Assembly: GCA_040954595.2 (NCBI GenBank)
Contig: CM082578.2
Location: forward strand, 3,702,831 to 3,766,830
DNA from: Balanoglossus misakiensis
Taxonomy: Eukaryota; Animalia; Hemichordata
Length of the DNA: 64,000 nt
Reading direction: 5' to 3'
Positions 38,720 to 49,718 of the stretch are shown here, piece by piece. Numbering within the stretch: position 1 is the stretch's first letter; every line of letters begins with the position of its first letter. The notes under the pieces were generated by a model that searched no databases, was not told where the DNA came from, and worked only from the letters and a program-made list of their open reading frames with translations. A program made the translations under genes and the position numbers.

Positions 38720-39194
38720 TTCACCAGTGCTTTTGTGAAATATTTAATTTTGATTCTGGCGTCTACGCTATTTTGAGGATTTCGCCTGAAAGATGGCGAC
38801 CTAGATAGAGCATGTAGATCGAAGGTGTTCATCGAGAGCCAAGGTTTCTCAGTAACGGTGATCACCTGACTTGTCTAGATCACAGCGACACGCACCCCCA
38901 AAAGACATACATGTACATGTACTAGTATACTGTTAGACAGTTACAAGTAAACAACGCCGTTGAAATATGATGCGGACGCCCGGGAGGTATACAGGCACTT
39001 GAAATGGATGCCGCCCGCCCATGTCCTCGCCCCTCGCTGCTCCTAGCAGACCCCCCCCCCCATTCGCTCTCCCCTGTGACAGCACAAGTCCACGAGCACG
39101 TGTGCCCTCGCTATGCTATCCTAGCAGGCGAAATCCTCAAAAATAGCGTAGACGCCAGAATCAAAATTAAATATTTCACAAAAGCACTGGTGAA
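38720..39194. mobile_element. MITE-like element with ~70-bp inverted repeats
   Basis: 38720-38789 (ttcaccagtgcttttgtgaaatattt...ttcgcctg) is a near-perfect reverse complement of 39125-39194. No TSD resolved. Confidence 0.6.
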
Positions 39195-39449
39195 AAAAAT
39201 TTTCTTGTTGACCTGGTAGCAAGTTTGACTCGTGCTTTCTTGTTTTGAATTGACGGGATATCCCCAAACAGCGTATTTGACCCCAAAATTTACATTTGAA
39301 AAGAAAAGGTCGTGATTTTCTTAACAAAAGGCGGGGAAATGGGTGAGTGGCGCGGCTTTCCGGGCGCGTCATTGGTCAGATCGCGTTCTACATATTAATG
39401 ATATGTTAATTTTTATGCTAATAAGCAACTCCTAATGTAGGTCACGACT

Positions 39450-39710
39450 GAATAATTTAGCACCTAATCATTCAGAACCAAATTTTTCACCTACTAATAA
39501 TGCGGCACCTAATAATAACGCTGCTAAAATAATTCAGCACCAAATTTTTCACCTACTAATAATGCGGCACCTAATAATAACGCTGCTAAAATAATTCAGC
39601 ATCAAATATTTTACCTACTAAAAATTCGGCACCTAATTATAAAGCTTTGAAAAATTCAGCGCAAAATCGTTTACCTGCTTATAATTGAGCACATAATTGC
39701 TAATAATCAG
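39450..39710. repeat. ~62-bp AT-rich minisatellite, about 4 copies
   Basis: aatttttcacctactaataatgcggcacctaataataacgctgctaaaataattcagcacca at 39481 and 39543, with diverged copies at about 39605 and 39665. Confidence 0.75.
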
Positions 39711-39870
39711 CACATATCTATGCAAATATAAAATGTTTAGCAAATAATGATAAAAATAGTCAATAATACTAAATAGCAAAAAGCTTTAATCGAATTATTT
39801 AATTTTGGCGGGGATCTCACCCCATATATTTCATGTATGATTGTAATAAGAATAACGCTTTGATCTCCAG

Positions 39871-40134
39871 ATTGCAAGAGCGCTTACGGGGGGGAGTGAA
39901 TCACGCTACAGCTTACACATTTTGTGAGCGATTAGGTCTTCGCCTTGTTAAAGATGACAGCGAAAGAAAACACACAGCTATAACAAAGATTTTAAGAGAA
40001 CGAGGATTAGGCTTGTGGTTCTGGATAGATGGAAGGGTAACTGACAAAGGAACCGTAGTCACGACAAGAGACGGGGAAATTTTAACATACAAGCCAAGTA
40101 TTGACCGTAGAATTGGAGAGTGCGTCGCACTAAA
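39871..40134 (+). CDS. Exon: C-type lectin-like domain 1, N-terminal part
   Basis: Acceptor ctccag, donor aa|gtgagt. Peptide NHATAYTFCERLGLRLV...WFWIDG...GECVAL. Phase 2-2. Confidence 0.8.
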
Positions 40135-40658
40135 GTGAGTTGAGCCTTTTGACAATATAATTAAGTATGAAAAATAATGTTTTTTTGTGGTCATTTTAAT
40201 ATAGCTTAACATAAATCAATCACAGGGAATCGTGTGCAGAGGCAAAAGATCTTTGTGAAATTTATCAGAATCGATTGACATTTGAATGATTTCCAGATGT
40301 TACAATTGGCAATGTCTACAGTATACAGAAGAACATTATTGGCAATTGCACAGCCATATACCTCGATTTTATGAGAAATTTCAAATTGCAACTTTGAGAT
40401 AGGTCCAGTTTCATCTCATCGTTACCTTTGAACACCAAACTTTCTCTGCAAAACGTGGTACAACATTTTACCTCATTTGTCTATTTTTTCAAAATTTTTG
40501 ATCAGGTTCACCTAATTCTCAAAATTATCCGTGGGTCTTAATCAAATTATTGGGAAAATGTAGAAAACGTTTCTATATATATAGTTTGAGAAATGTACGG
40601 GTTGACTGGCGTTAAGGGGTGAAACTTATGTATACTTTCATAACTTTTCAATTCACAG

Positions 40659-40720
40659 AAAACGTGGTTGGCAATATCTTAAATGTTGGTACGAAATGTT
40701 ATTTTTATGTGAAAATGAAA
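40659..40720 (+). CDS. Exon: C-type lectin-like domain 1, C-terminal part
   Basis: Acceptor ttcacag, donor a|gtaagt. KRGWQYLKCWYEMLFLCENE completes the CTLD cysteine pattern. Phase 2-1. Confidence 0.8.
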
Positions 40721-41290
40721 GTAAGTTATACTTGAATGAAGTTGGTTTCATGTTTTTATTCAATCTGATTAAAATCAGATGTAGGGAACGGCGACGTGGT
40801 TTTTTTATGCTGTCGCCTCACACTACATCTGACCAACTCTCAATGGAGATCCCGCTGAACTCTCGCGTTCCGACCCGGCCAATCAGATTGCGTGTTATGC
40901 CGACTAAAGAATTGCACTGGGAGATGGGAGAAATGTTGTTGTTGACTTCGAGTATCGCACAGAATACGAAAGATTGGCTTTCTCTTGTGAACAATTACAT
41001 GTAATCCCATGGTATCTTTCTTTGTTTGGCGTCATCGAATGAGAGTGGTTTTCGCAGAGCGGTGAAACGTCGAGCTGTAGCCATATACAAATGATGAACT
41101 GTCGTTGATCATTTATAAACTCTCCTAACAAGTCATGTTCGCCCTCGTAGTCATGCTGCCAGTCGGGAAAATGACGTACTTCATGTAAAAGTTTATAAAA
41201 ATTAAACCAAATTTCACTGCCATGTATCCCAAAACAATTTATGTGACAGATTTTTAAAAAGAACGCTAACGGCTAAAGAATGTCAAGTCA

Positions 41291-41533
41291 TAGCTCCGCG
41301 TTCAGGTCTGTGTGTTCCCGACGCACCACAGCCCTGCATAAGGCCCCATAGACAAAACTGGTGCGTCTGCAGTCCGGACCCGGACGCCCGACCGCAGCTT
41401 TTTCTGTCGAAATTCGATTTTATCGAAGCAAAATCCTTTCCCTGTCTACTTCAACCGACCCCAAATATGATGCGATTAACTTCTTCTAACGTCCGTGTAA
41501 CGCCGGGAACACACAGACCTGCACGCAGAGCTA
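41291..41533. mobile_element. 243-bp MITE with 9-bp TSD (Mutator-type)
   Basis: TIRs tagctccgcgttcaggtctgtgtgttccc and gggaacacacagacctgcacgcagagcta. TSD gtcaagtca at 41282-41290 and 41534-41542. Confidence 0.85.
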
Positions 41534-42158
41534 GTCAAGTCAGTGCACTCTCGTGTACATGTATACAATAACAAACGATCGTGGCGACAGAATCTCTCCC
41601 TGGGACGGCCTTACACAAATGTAATCGATTCTCTAACAATTTTACTGCGACTTGTTGCCACGTCTTATACATTTCGTTGACCAGTGGAATATAGAGGTTC
41701 AGTCGTCACGCTGAACTGGCTCGAAACCATTCCCCACGCTGATTCGACTCTCGCGCCCGGGATATATGTCTGTGGTAGCTCCATGGTAATGTTGTGATCG
41801 CCGATGTCTCACCTGAGTGCGTCTAATCTACGGTTTTCTAAAGGTCTTTTGGGAGGTCAGTCAAAGGCATGCTGCTCGATCTGAAGCATAGCAGAAAGAG
41901 AACGAACTATTTCCGCCCAGGGGTGGGTAGGGTCAGTGACGTCATGGGCAGATTCACAACACTCTTCCCCACCACATTTTGAAGGGCTTCGTCTTCTTCC
42001 CCCAAAACACCGGGGGATAACACAACATCGAACACAACAATAACAAAAATAGAATGTCCAGCTGGGCTTTACTGGGTATGCCCCACTGGTCGGCCTGTTT
42101 GTTTCTTTTCTGGTGCCTCTTCCAACAGCTGTTGGAGGGCTTCCTCCTGTTGGTTTCT

Positions 42159-42962
42159 TTATCTTTTTGGGGTGAAGCCCGACCGCCACGTTCCACCCCG
42201 GCTCCCTAAGCAGGAAGTGGTGACATCTTCGCTTCGGTGAGCCTGGGCTCTCATGCGGTCCGAGTGGAAGTGGGTATCTATAGCCTGGGATAGTCCCCTG
42301 GCTGGTGACGCCGCACTGGGTCGTCTCATTTCTGGGCTTCCGGCGCTTGCTTGGGACTGTGGTCGTGGTGCCGCTGGGGCTTCCACTGCTGATTTCTTTC
42401 CAGATGGGGGCCCTTCCACTGTCCCCGAGAGGTCAGGTGGCCTCTCTGGGCTTGCTTTCTCGGGTGGCCTCCCCTGCTCATCCTGTGGCGGCCTTTTCTC
42501 TACCCTCTCCACCGATGCCGACTCCACTCGAGGGCGGGATCCCGCAGATTTCCAGCGCCTGCTCGAACGGCTTCTCTCCCTCCTGCTGCGCCTGATGGTG
42601 GCTGTCGAGGACGCAGTGCGAGTCGGGTTTGGTAGATGTCTCGCTGGCCTTAGGATCAGTCGTCTGGGCAATGTAACTTTTGCCACTTTCCCTTTCGTCC
42701 CTTGACGACCATATGTCATGTGTACACTTTCACCGTCAAACCGCAACTGATTTCTTCGCATATCTAGAATCACTCTCCTTGTCCGCATAAAGTCTGCCCC
42801 TAGCAACATGTCATCACCTATCGGCGCTACATACACGTCCTCTGTGAATTTGGTCTTTCCCAACTTCAGGCGCAAAGGACCTACTTTATGGGCTTTCATT
42901 TCCATTTCACGCCCTGCAGTTTGCATCATGGTGGTTTTGAGTACTGGGGGGGCGGTTCCCAA
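42159..42962 (-). pseudogene. Protease C-terminal half fused to a deletion-derived low-complexity tail
   Basis: VYVAPIGDDMLLGADFM matches the retropepsin C-terminal motif; no RT follows. Confidence 0.65.
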
Positions 42963-44022
42963 GACGGCTATAGAGACGGTCTGAAATGATGGTGACTTCT
43001 GCTGCCGTGTCTACAACTGCCTGTACTTTAATCCCTTCAACTGCAATGGGCACACTGTACATAGACCCTGACACTAATTGACATAAAGTTATGGGCTGGG
43101 TGTCATCACCGCTGGGGAATTCCTTCGCTGTGGATTCATCATTGTCCGAATTCGGGGAATCATACTCCTGTTCGTCCAAAGACTCCCCTGACGAGTTGTA
43201 CTGTTCGTCGGTTCGTGCATCCCTAGGGTGTAGATAGAACCCGTGCCCTTGCAATGTATTGTCAGTGTGGGTATCTAAAGTGGCCTGACACCCTGACCCC
43301 TCTTCTCGGATTTTGGCACAACCCTTGGTGTCAGTGCGTGTTGTCACCCTGTCAAATCCATTTCCTACCTCCTTCACTTTGGGATCATCTCTTCTGAGTA
43401 TTGGGCCCTTTGGTGGCCCCTGGGTCAAACTTAGGCCCTCTGGTCTGACCCTTTCCCGCTGCTCAGCGAATGTTACCCGTTTCTCCCCGGAATCTGAGGT
43501 TACTCTTTCCCTTCCCTTGGGGCATTCCCTACGGAAGTGTCCAGATTCCCCACAGTTAAAGCATTCCCGTCCCCTAGGGGAGGGTGACCGAGACCGGCCT
43601 GCCTCGCGTGGGGATAGGGCAACCACTGTCTTTCTCAAACCCTCTAAACTTTTGGCCATTTCAGTCATTCGTTCGTTAAGGGTATTTATCCCGGGACTGG
43701 GACTCGGGTTACGTAGGGTTCGAAACCTCTCCCGCGAGCCCGTTCCGCTGTCCGTGGGTGATAAATCCCGATCTCTGGGGGGTCGCTCCCGAGTGGCTGA
43801 TCGCACGCGTATGAACTCGCCGTCGCTATCTGTCTCAGATGTTACTCGTTCTACTTCCCGACGCGAGATTCGGCGGCCGAAGATTTCGCGATTGTTATAT
43901 TGGAACCAACGTATTTGGTCTATGGCCTCTTCCATGGAGGATGCGCGCTGGTTAGCAACGTAAAGCCCTGCCTCGCGATCGGAGCATCCCTGACAAAACC
44001 TCATTATTGCCTGACGGTCCAT
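42907..44022 (-). CDS. Gag C-terminal part with CCHC zinc knuckle, plus start of the aspartic protease
   Basis: CFNCGESGHFRREC zinc knuckle; AVVDTAAEVTII protease active-site motif. Confidence 0.8.
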   Translation of the reverse strand: MDRQAIMRFCQGCSDREAGLYVANQRASSMEEAIDQIRWFQYNNREIFGRRISRREVERVTSETDSDGEFIRVRSATRERPPRDRDLSPTDSGTGSRERFRTLRNPSPSPGINTLNERMTEMAKSLEGLRKTVVALSPREAGRSRSPSPRGRECFNCGESGHFRRECPKGRERVTSDSGEKRVTFAEQRERVRPEGLSLTQGPPKGPILRRDDPKVKEVGNGFDRVTTRTDTKGCAKIREEGSGCQATLDTHTDNTLQGHGFYLHPRDARTDEQYNSSGESLDEQEYDSPNSDNDESTAKEFPSGDDTQPITLCQLVSGSMYSVPIAVEGIKVQAVVDTAAEVTIISDRLYSRLGNRPPSTQNHHDANCRA

Positions 44023-44033
44023 AGCGCGTTCCG

Positions 44034-45281
44034 TCAGATCGGGGAAAGCGTTTGTCGCGAGGGACAGGATTCGATCGGCCCATTTTCGAGTGACTCCCCC
44101 TCTTTCTGATGGGACTGCTGAAATCTAATCTGCGCGGTCTCTGGCAGTTCTCGGCGCCCAAAACGCTTTTCAAGCTTACTAATCAGCCGCTGGTAGCTGA
44201 TATTTCGCTCGCGCCTGAGCAGTGTCGAGTGAAATTCGCTGGCGTCGCCGTCTAAGCAAAAGCACAAGCAACATTTGCGTTCGCTTTCCGTCCAACCCTG
44301 GGCATCCGCGTAACAGGTGAATTTATCAAAAAACACGCTCCATTTCCTCTCCCCAGTGTAAACTAAAGTTTTGGGCGTATTAAATATCCTCGAGCCGAAG
44401 GCAGGCCCTTCCCTGCCCCCACCGTGCCTCATGAACGAAGATTCACCATAAGGGTGGTTTTGCGGCACATTCCCATACATGTACGTTGGAGTCCAGGTGG
44501 CATTGGCTGGGGCGTATGGGCTAGGGCTGCTTCCCGTTTGAGATGGTGGGCCATAGTACGTGGGATAGGGGATCCCCGGTACTGGAGTGGCGCCACCATG
44601 GTTTTCAGTGGGAAATCGCCAATCAGCGCGTTCGTAAGGGCTGGCTGGGAGCGGTGTGTACCCCATCGGATATGGTGGCGGTGGGGTAAAATACCTTGGG
44701 AAGTTCTCTGGTGGATATTGCGGAGACATTCCAACCGGATTCCATGGGTAACCGCTTTGCTCTGTCGTGTGGAAATTATCTCTGTCTCGGGGTCCCCTGC
44801 AGTACTCACTTGCTGTGGGAGGGTAACCCCAACTATCCAATTCTCGATGTTGGCCAATTTTCTCCCCTCCCCTGGGATATGGGGTTGTCTTGGGCCCTGT
44901 ACTATTTTCCCTCCCATACTCCAGTGATGACTGATCACTTTTGCTAGCCCGCTCTGAAACTGGGATTTCGGGTGGCCCCTGGAATTTCCCCGTTTTGCGT
45001 GTATTTCTGCAGGCCGGTGTTTGCCGGTCCTCATCACTACTACTACTGCACCTTATTTCATAGGACACCATTTCGTGAAATTCAGGTGTGGGCCTGAGAT
45101 GAGGGATTTCCCCTAATATTTCTTTTGAGACCCTCCCGTATCTATTTCTGGCTCTCAAGATTGCCTTTGCCACTTTTTTACCTACCCCTGGCAAGGTCTT
45201 AAGGGTCATGAGGTCACATGTGTTGATATAAACTGGACCCCTGGAGACCATCATGATGTGATCTATTGGCCCTTTAAACAA
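44034..45281 (-). CDS. gag: Gag N-terminal part: HhH motif, Pro-rich linker, capsid-like region (frameshift near 44085)
   Basis: INTCDLMTLKTLPGVGKKVAKAI is a helix-hairpin-helix motif. YTGERKWSVFFDKF...LDGDA...LEKRFG...HQKEGESLE is typical of Gypsy capsid. Confidence 0.75.
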   Translation of the reverse strand: MFKGPIDHIMMVSRGPVYINTCDLMTLKTLPGVGKKVAKAILRARNRYGRVSKEILGEIPHLRPTPEFHEMVSYEIRCSSSSDEDRQTPACRNTRKTGKFQGPPEIPVSERASKSDQSSLEYGRENSTGPKTTPYPRGGEKIGQHRELDSWGYPPTASEYCRGPRDRDNFHTTEQSGYPWNPVGMSPQYPPENFPRYFTPPPPYPMGYTPLPASPYERADWRFPTENHGGATPVPGIPYPTYYGPPSQTGSSPSPYAPANATWTPTYMYGNVPQNHPYGESSFMRHGGGREGPAFGSRIFNTPKTLVYTGERKWSVFFDKFTCYADAQGWTESERKCCLCFCLDGDASEFHSTLLRRERNISYQRLISKLEKRFGRRELPETAQIRFQQSHQKEGESLENGPIESCPSRQTLSPI

Positions 45282-46806
45282 ACTAATAACTAACTACACA
45301 CTCCCTCACACAACACGTGGGATTTACACGAGTGAACTGTTTTATTAACAAGAATAATCCCAACACACAAAAGCTCACTCCCACACAAAAAGAAACTCAA
45401 ATGCTTGCTAAAGAAAATCTCTGCGCATGCGCCGAACCCCAAACACGTTTTTCGTAATGAGGACCCCTCTAACAATAGAAATGGGCCCTATGTGCCAAGA
45501 TGGCGGCCGAATTTCCGCCCACGCTGCTTTGGGAAAAAACGCAGAAAATTTGACTCAAACTACCTCCAAAACCCCGGTACCTACCCAGTACCGTCCCTAA
45601 ACCTCGCTAAAAATCCCCGCGGTCCCCGAGAGTTTGCCCAGTGTCTTCTGGCCCCGGCAATCCCCGATATCCCGTTTTTCCTATGCCCAGAAAAACCCCA
45701 CGTCGCACCCGGACGCAATCGCTGGATTCCGACTACACAGAAACACCACTCTCCCTCCCCCGCGTATCAAAAAAAGCGTTTCCCCACACTAGGCTCGAAC
45801 ACAGGCTCGCAGCGCCAATGTTGTGATCGCCGATGTCTCACCTGAGTGCGTCTAATCTACGGTTTTCTAAAGGTCTTTTGGGAGGTCAGTCAAAGGCATG
45901 CTGCTCGATCTGAAGCATAGCAGAAAGAGAACGAACTATTTCCGCCCAGGGGTGGGTAGGGTCAGTGACGTCATGGGCAGATTCACAACACTAACAACCG
46001 CAAGGGGCCAGGTCATGTGATTGTGGGTTGCCTATCATTTGCTATAAGGCGCCTTCTGATTGGATTAGAATCCCAGTAATTCTCGTAGAGTTCAGCGAGA
46101 TCTCCATTGAGAGTTGGTCAGATGTAGTGTGAGGCGACAGCATAAACAAACCATGTCGCCGTTCCCTACATCTGATTTTAATCAGATTGGTTTTTATTTT
46201 GCATTCTATAATTTTTTTTCTGTTTACTCACGTGATTCAGTATCACGGGAGTGATACCGTCGCCTTTAGCTCGCGTGTGACAGGTGAGCTAATGTCGCCA
46301 CCTTTTCTGTCTGTCTGTTTGTGTGAGAGTATGTCTGTGTCTGTCTGTCTGTCTGTGTGCATGATTTTGTGTAGGTAAATACCATGTAAGGTGTACAATA
46401 TTACTATACTTGCTTACGTCCGCTGGGACTGCAAGCAGATGGTGCCTTCCAAGTTTGAACTCGGCGCGTGACACATGTGATTGTCCAACGAGTTAGGTCA
46501 CGTCCCTGACCCTGACGTTTGTCAAAGTCGTTGACGGTTGTGCTGTGAAAAGGACACCGATTTCAAATTTCATGCCGCGATATAACGCAGCAGACGTTCG
46601 CTCAAAACAACTGGATAGTTACAGCGCACTGCTCTGTGAAAATATACTGTCGCTTCATAGTACGGATTCACGGTTTATGTCCACAACATAGGATCGGGCG
46701 ATCGGAAGAAACCCCGGACCAACGGTGCACCAAACAACACCGTTCCCACGCTGAAGTGGATCCCACGATGCAATGTCTGTCTATGGGGGCCCGATCTGGT
46801 GAAAAG

Positions 46807-47096
46807 TGTAGTTTATTATTAAAACGTATTAGATTTAATTTCATAGAGCCTGGAATTAATTTTACCAGAATATAGAATTAATTTTATGTGCTTTAATTAA
46901 TATTGTGTAGTCATGTAAAATTAATTTGTAATGTTGGCAAAATTATTTCTAACAAAGATAAGCTAAAATAATTATTTAGAACACATAACATTAATTCTGC
47001 ATGACCACACAAAATTAATTAAAGCACATAAAAATTAATTCTATATACTTGTAAAATTAATTCCAGGCTCTATGAAATTAATTCTAATACGTTTTA
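46807..47096. mobile_element. AT-rich foldback/MITE whose right arm is interrupted by a HINE
   Basis: 46807-46935 is an imperfect reverse complement of 46980-47096. The last ~13 bp of the right arm (taataaactaca) resume at about 48552-48563. Confidence 0.7.
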
Positions 47097-48552
47097 TTAG
47101 GTCCCATTGGTATGTACCATGGGACCTTATGGGATCGGTTGCGTCTGTATGTATGGATGGATGGATGGATGTATGGATGGATGTATGGATGTATGGATGT
47201 ATGTCTGTATGTCCGTCCACATCAAAAACTTGAAAGCCGCTGCGCGTATGACCTTGATATTTGGTGTGAAGGCAGGGCTGTAGATGGGAGTTTGTTCAAA
47301 TGAAGTTGTCATTGCCAAAAATATGCAAATTAGCTAGGAAAATGTGAAATTGGTCAAAACTCAAAAACTGAACAACCACTGGTCATATTGATTTGAAAAT
47401 TGGTATGCGTGTACCTTATCTCAACCTCATACAGTCCTGTATGTTTTGAGCTAATATTATTGTTTTCCTATTTTTCATGCATTTTTTGTATTTTTCCGTG
47501 TTATTGGTAAAAAGTCTTCATTTCTGAAAGTGATGGGCTTCCTTTTTTGAAATTTAGTATGAAGCTTCCTAATGGTTGTCTGAGTAACCATAGTTTTGCT
47601 CAAATTGTTAGAAAATGTGCACATTTATAATTTTGGGCAATATTTGACATTTTTGGTCAACATTTTTTAAAACCGCATGCCAGATTGCTTTGCAATTTAG
47701 TATGCATGTTCGTAGGGGTAACCTAAATAATATGTTGTAAAAAATGTGATATTTTCATAAATGTGTTATTGGGAAACTTTTTTTGTCAAAAATTGTTTTC
47801 TCTGAAACCGCTTGTCATATTGCATTGAACTTTGGAAGCATATTCCTTGTAGTGATTGAAGTAAGATATTGTACAATTTTGGTGATATTTGCATATTTGT
47901 GTTTTTGCCACTTTTGAACAAATATTTTCTGTGAAACTGCTTGTTGGATTGCTTTGAATTTGTTTTCTCTGATTGCTTTGAAATTTAGGATATAATTTCA
48001 TAACACATACATATATATATATGCAACTTTTATTCAATTCTGATATCAGAAATATTCAATATTTAGCGAGTTTTTTCATAAGTTTCTTTGTTTTTGGTTA
48101 GCAAATCTTCTCCTAAACCAATTGTCCAGTTTTTTTGAAAGTTACTGTTTATCAGGAGTTGTTACCCTCAACTTAGACATGTTTACATAACTTTAATCGG
48201 CCAGCTGTTACAGAGACCACCGGCTATTAAATTTTTAATTACCAGTGGCAGGTCAGTGTGTGTGTGTCTGTCTCTCTGTCTGTCTGTCTGTTCCAGGGCT
48301 GACTGAAAGAAGTTGCTTCTGATGTGTGTTTGTACACACAATTTTTGGTCAATTTTTTTTCTAGCACCACGTGTAAGACTGTCATGACACATGACAGTTT
48401 ATTGGGCATGTTCCTTGCTAATTTTTTCCTATTCCATATTTCTATATCGTAAGGTCATATCTGCTTGCAATGTCACCTGTAATGTTTATTCTGGTGTGTC
48501 ACAGTTTCTGCATAATCCTCAAATGGGACCACAGTGTCCTTGACGCTATTTT
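47097..48552 (+). mobile_element. HINE/Helentron non-autonomous element, GGTCCCATT family, copy 1
   Basis: 5' hairpin ttaggtcccattggta..taccatgggacct, (GGAT/GTAT)n microsatellite, 3' subTIR aatgggacc, then hairpin agtgtc-ctt-gacgct and a T-run. Confidence 0.7.
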
Positions 48553-48881
48553 AATAAACTACAAGTTTGACCAGAACGGGCCCCCATATCTGTCCACACC
48601 ACAAAGGCCACGCAGACTACCTTGTGACATTTTAAAATGCGTCTTATTGAAAACAGGGTTTACTGTCTTACCTGACCAGCAATCAACAAGTTTATGATAG
48701 AAACAGTGTTGCAAGGAATTTTTCGGAGCTACTATTCACAGTGGTTTTTGTTCTGTGAGTGGAAACGCTGTATTGGTTTATTTTCTTAACAGGTAGATAA
48801 TTATCGGTGTGGGGTTTTTGTCGTCATTTTCCTGGAATACTTACTAACGGTGTATTGCATGTGCTGAATCAAAATAGATTT

Positions 48882-49398
48882 TTAGGTCCCATTGGTATAG
48901 GCCTATATACCATGGGACCTTATGGGATCGGTTGCGTCTGTATGTATGGATGGATGTATGTGTGGATGTATGGATGTATGTCTGTATGTCCGTCCACATC
49001 AAAAACTTGAAAACCGCTGCGTGTATCACATTGATATTTGGTGTGCAGATGCAGGCTGGGCTGTAGATGGGAGTTTATTCAAATGAAGTTGTCATTGCCA
49101 AAAATATGCAAATTAGCTGGAAAAATGTGAATTTACTTTATTGAGTTGTTTATATACACAGCAAATTCCTGAATGATTACATAACTGGCTAAGTTTTAAA
49201 GAGGCCAGCTGTTCCATTTAGTGTATGTACAGTACATATGCCATTGGCAGCTTATGGGTCAGTCAGTGATTGCCCATTGATCTCTTCTTGCTATGTGTGT
49301 GTGTGTGTCTGTCTGTCTGTATATGGCCATGTACTCCGGTGAAGACTTTTTCTTGTTTAATCCCTCAATGGGACCACTGTGTCCTTGACGCGATTTTT
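48882..49398 (+). mobile_element. HINE element, GGTCCCATT family, copy 2 (internally deleted)
   Basis: The first ~250 bp are near-identical to 47097-47350; same 3' end aatgggaccactgtgtccttgacgcgatttttt. Confidence 0.7.
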
Positions 49399-49447
49399 TA
49401 TTCTTTTTGGGGGAAAGAAATGGCGTCCGTCGTTTTCTATTCTGCAG

Positions 49448-49718
49448 CATCGTTCGACTTAACCACCACACTGAATGGTATGGTGGCTACATACCAGCTA
49501 TGTGAGAAGCTTGGGTTGCGTCTTCTAACTGACACCACTAAATGGAAAACTGACCAGTACTGTGTGCCCTTTAGAGCATATCCATGGGAGCTAGCAATAT
49601 GGATTGATGCCACCATCACGGCAGATGGCACTGTGAAGACAAGCAGCGGTTTGATATTGGAACACACACGTTTTGCTCCCAACCAAACTCTTGACGTCGG
49701 ATCGTGTATTTACGTAAT
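49448..49718 (+). CDS. Exon: C-type lectin-like domain 2, N-terminal part
   Basis: Acceptor ttctgcag, donor at|gtgagt. ATYQLCEKLGLRLL...AIWIDA...GSCIYV is paralogous to the 39871 exon. Phase 1-2. Confidence 0.8.

Larger units (their letters stand above)
41790..45990 (-). mobile_element. Gypsy/Ty3 LTR retrotransposon, internally deleted (gag-protease only)
   Basis: 172-bp TG..CA LTRs at 41790-41961 and 45819-45990, identical by eye. PBS TGGCGCTGCGAGC (tRNA-Ser-like) next to the 5' LTR; PPT GGTGGGGAAGAG next to the 3' LTR. Flanks gtaa/ctaa (imperfect 4-bp TSD). No RT, RNase H or integrase motifs. Confidence 0.9.
40761..46189. mobile_element. Non-autonomous Mutator-like (MULE) element with nested insertions
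   Basis: ~100-bp TIRs starting caatctgattaaaatcagatgtagggaacggcgac (40761-40862 and about 46088-46189). 9-bp TSD gtttttatt at 40752-40760 and 46190-46198. Confidence 0.85.

Noticed and set aside
39339-39348. ATGG|GTGAGT as the start exon of the lectin-GAIN gene
   Set aside because: The phase-1 donor does not fit the phase-2 acceptor at 39871, and it encodes no signal peptide.
42253-44947. Long + strand ORFs (150, 216 and 167 aa)
   Set aside because: They are antisense shadows of the GC-rich Gypsy gag-protease frames and have no recognisable motifs.
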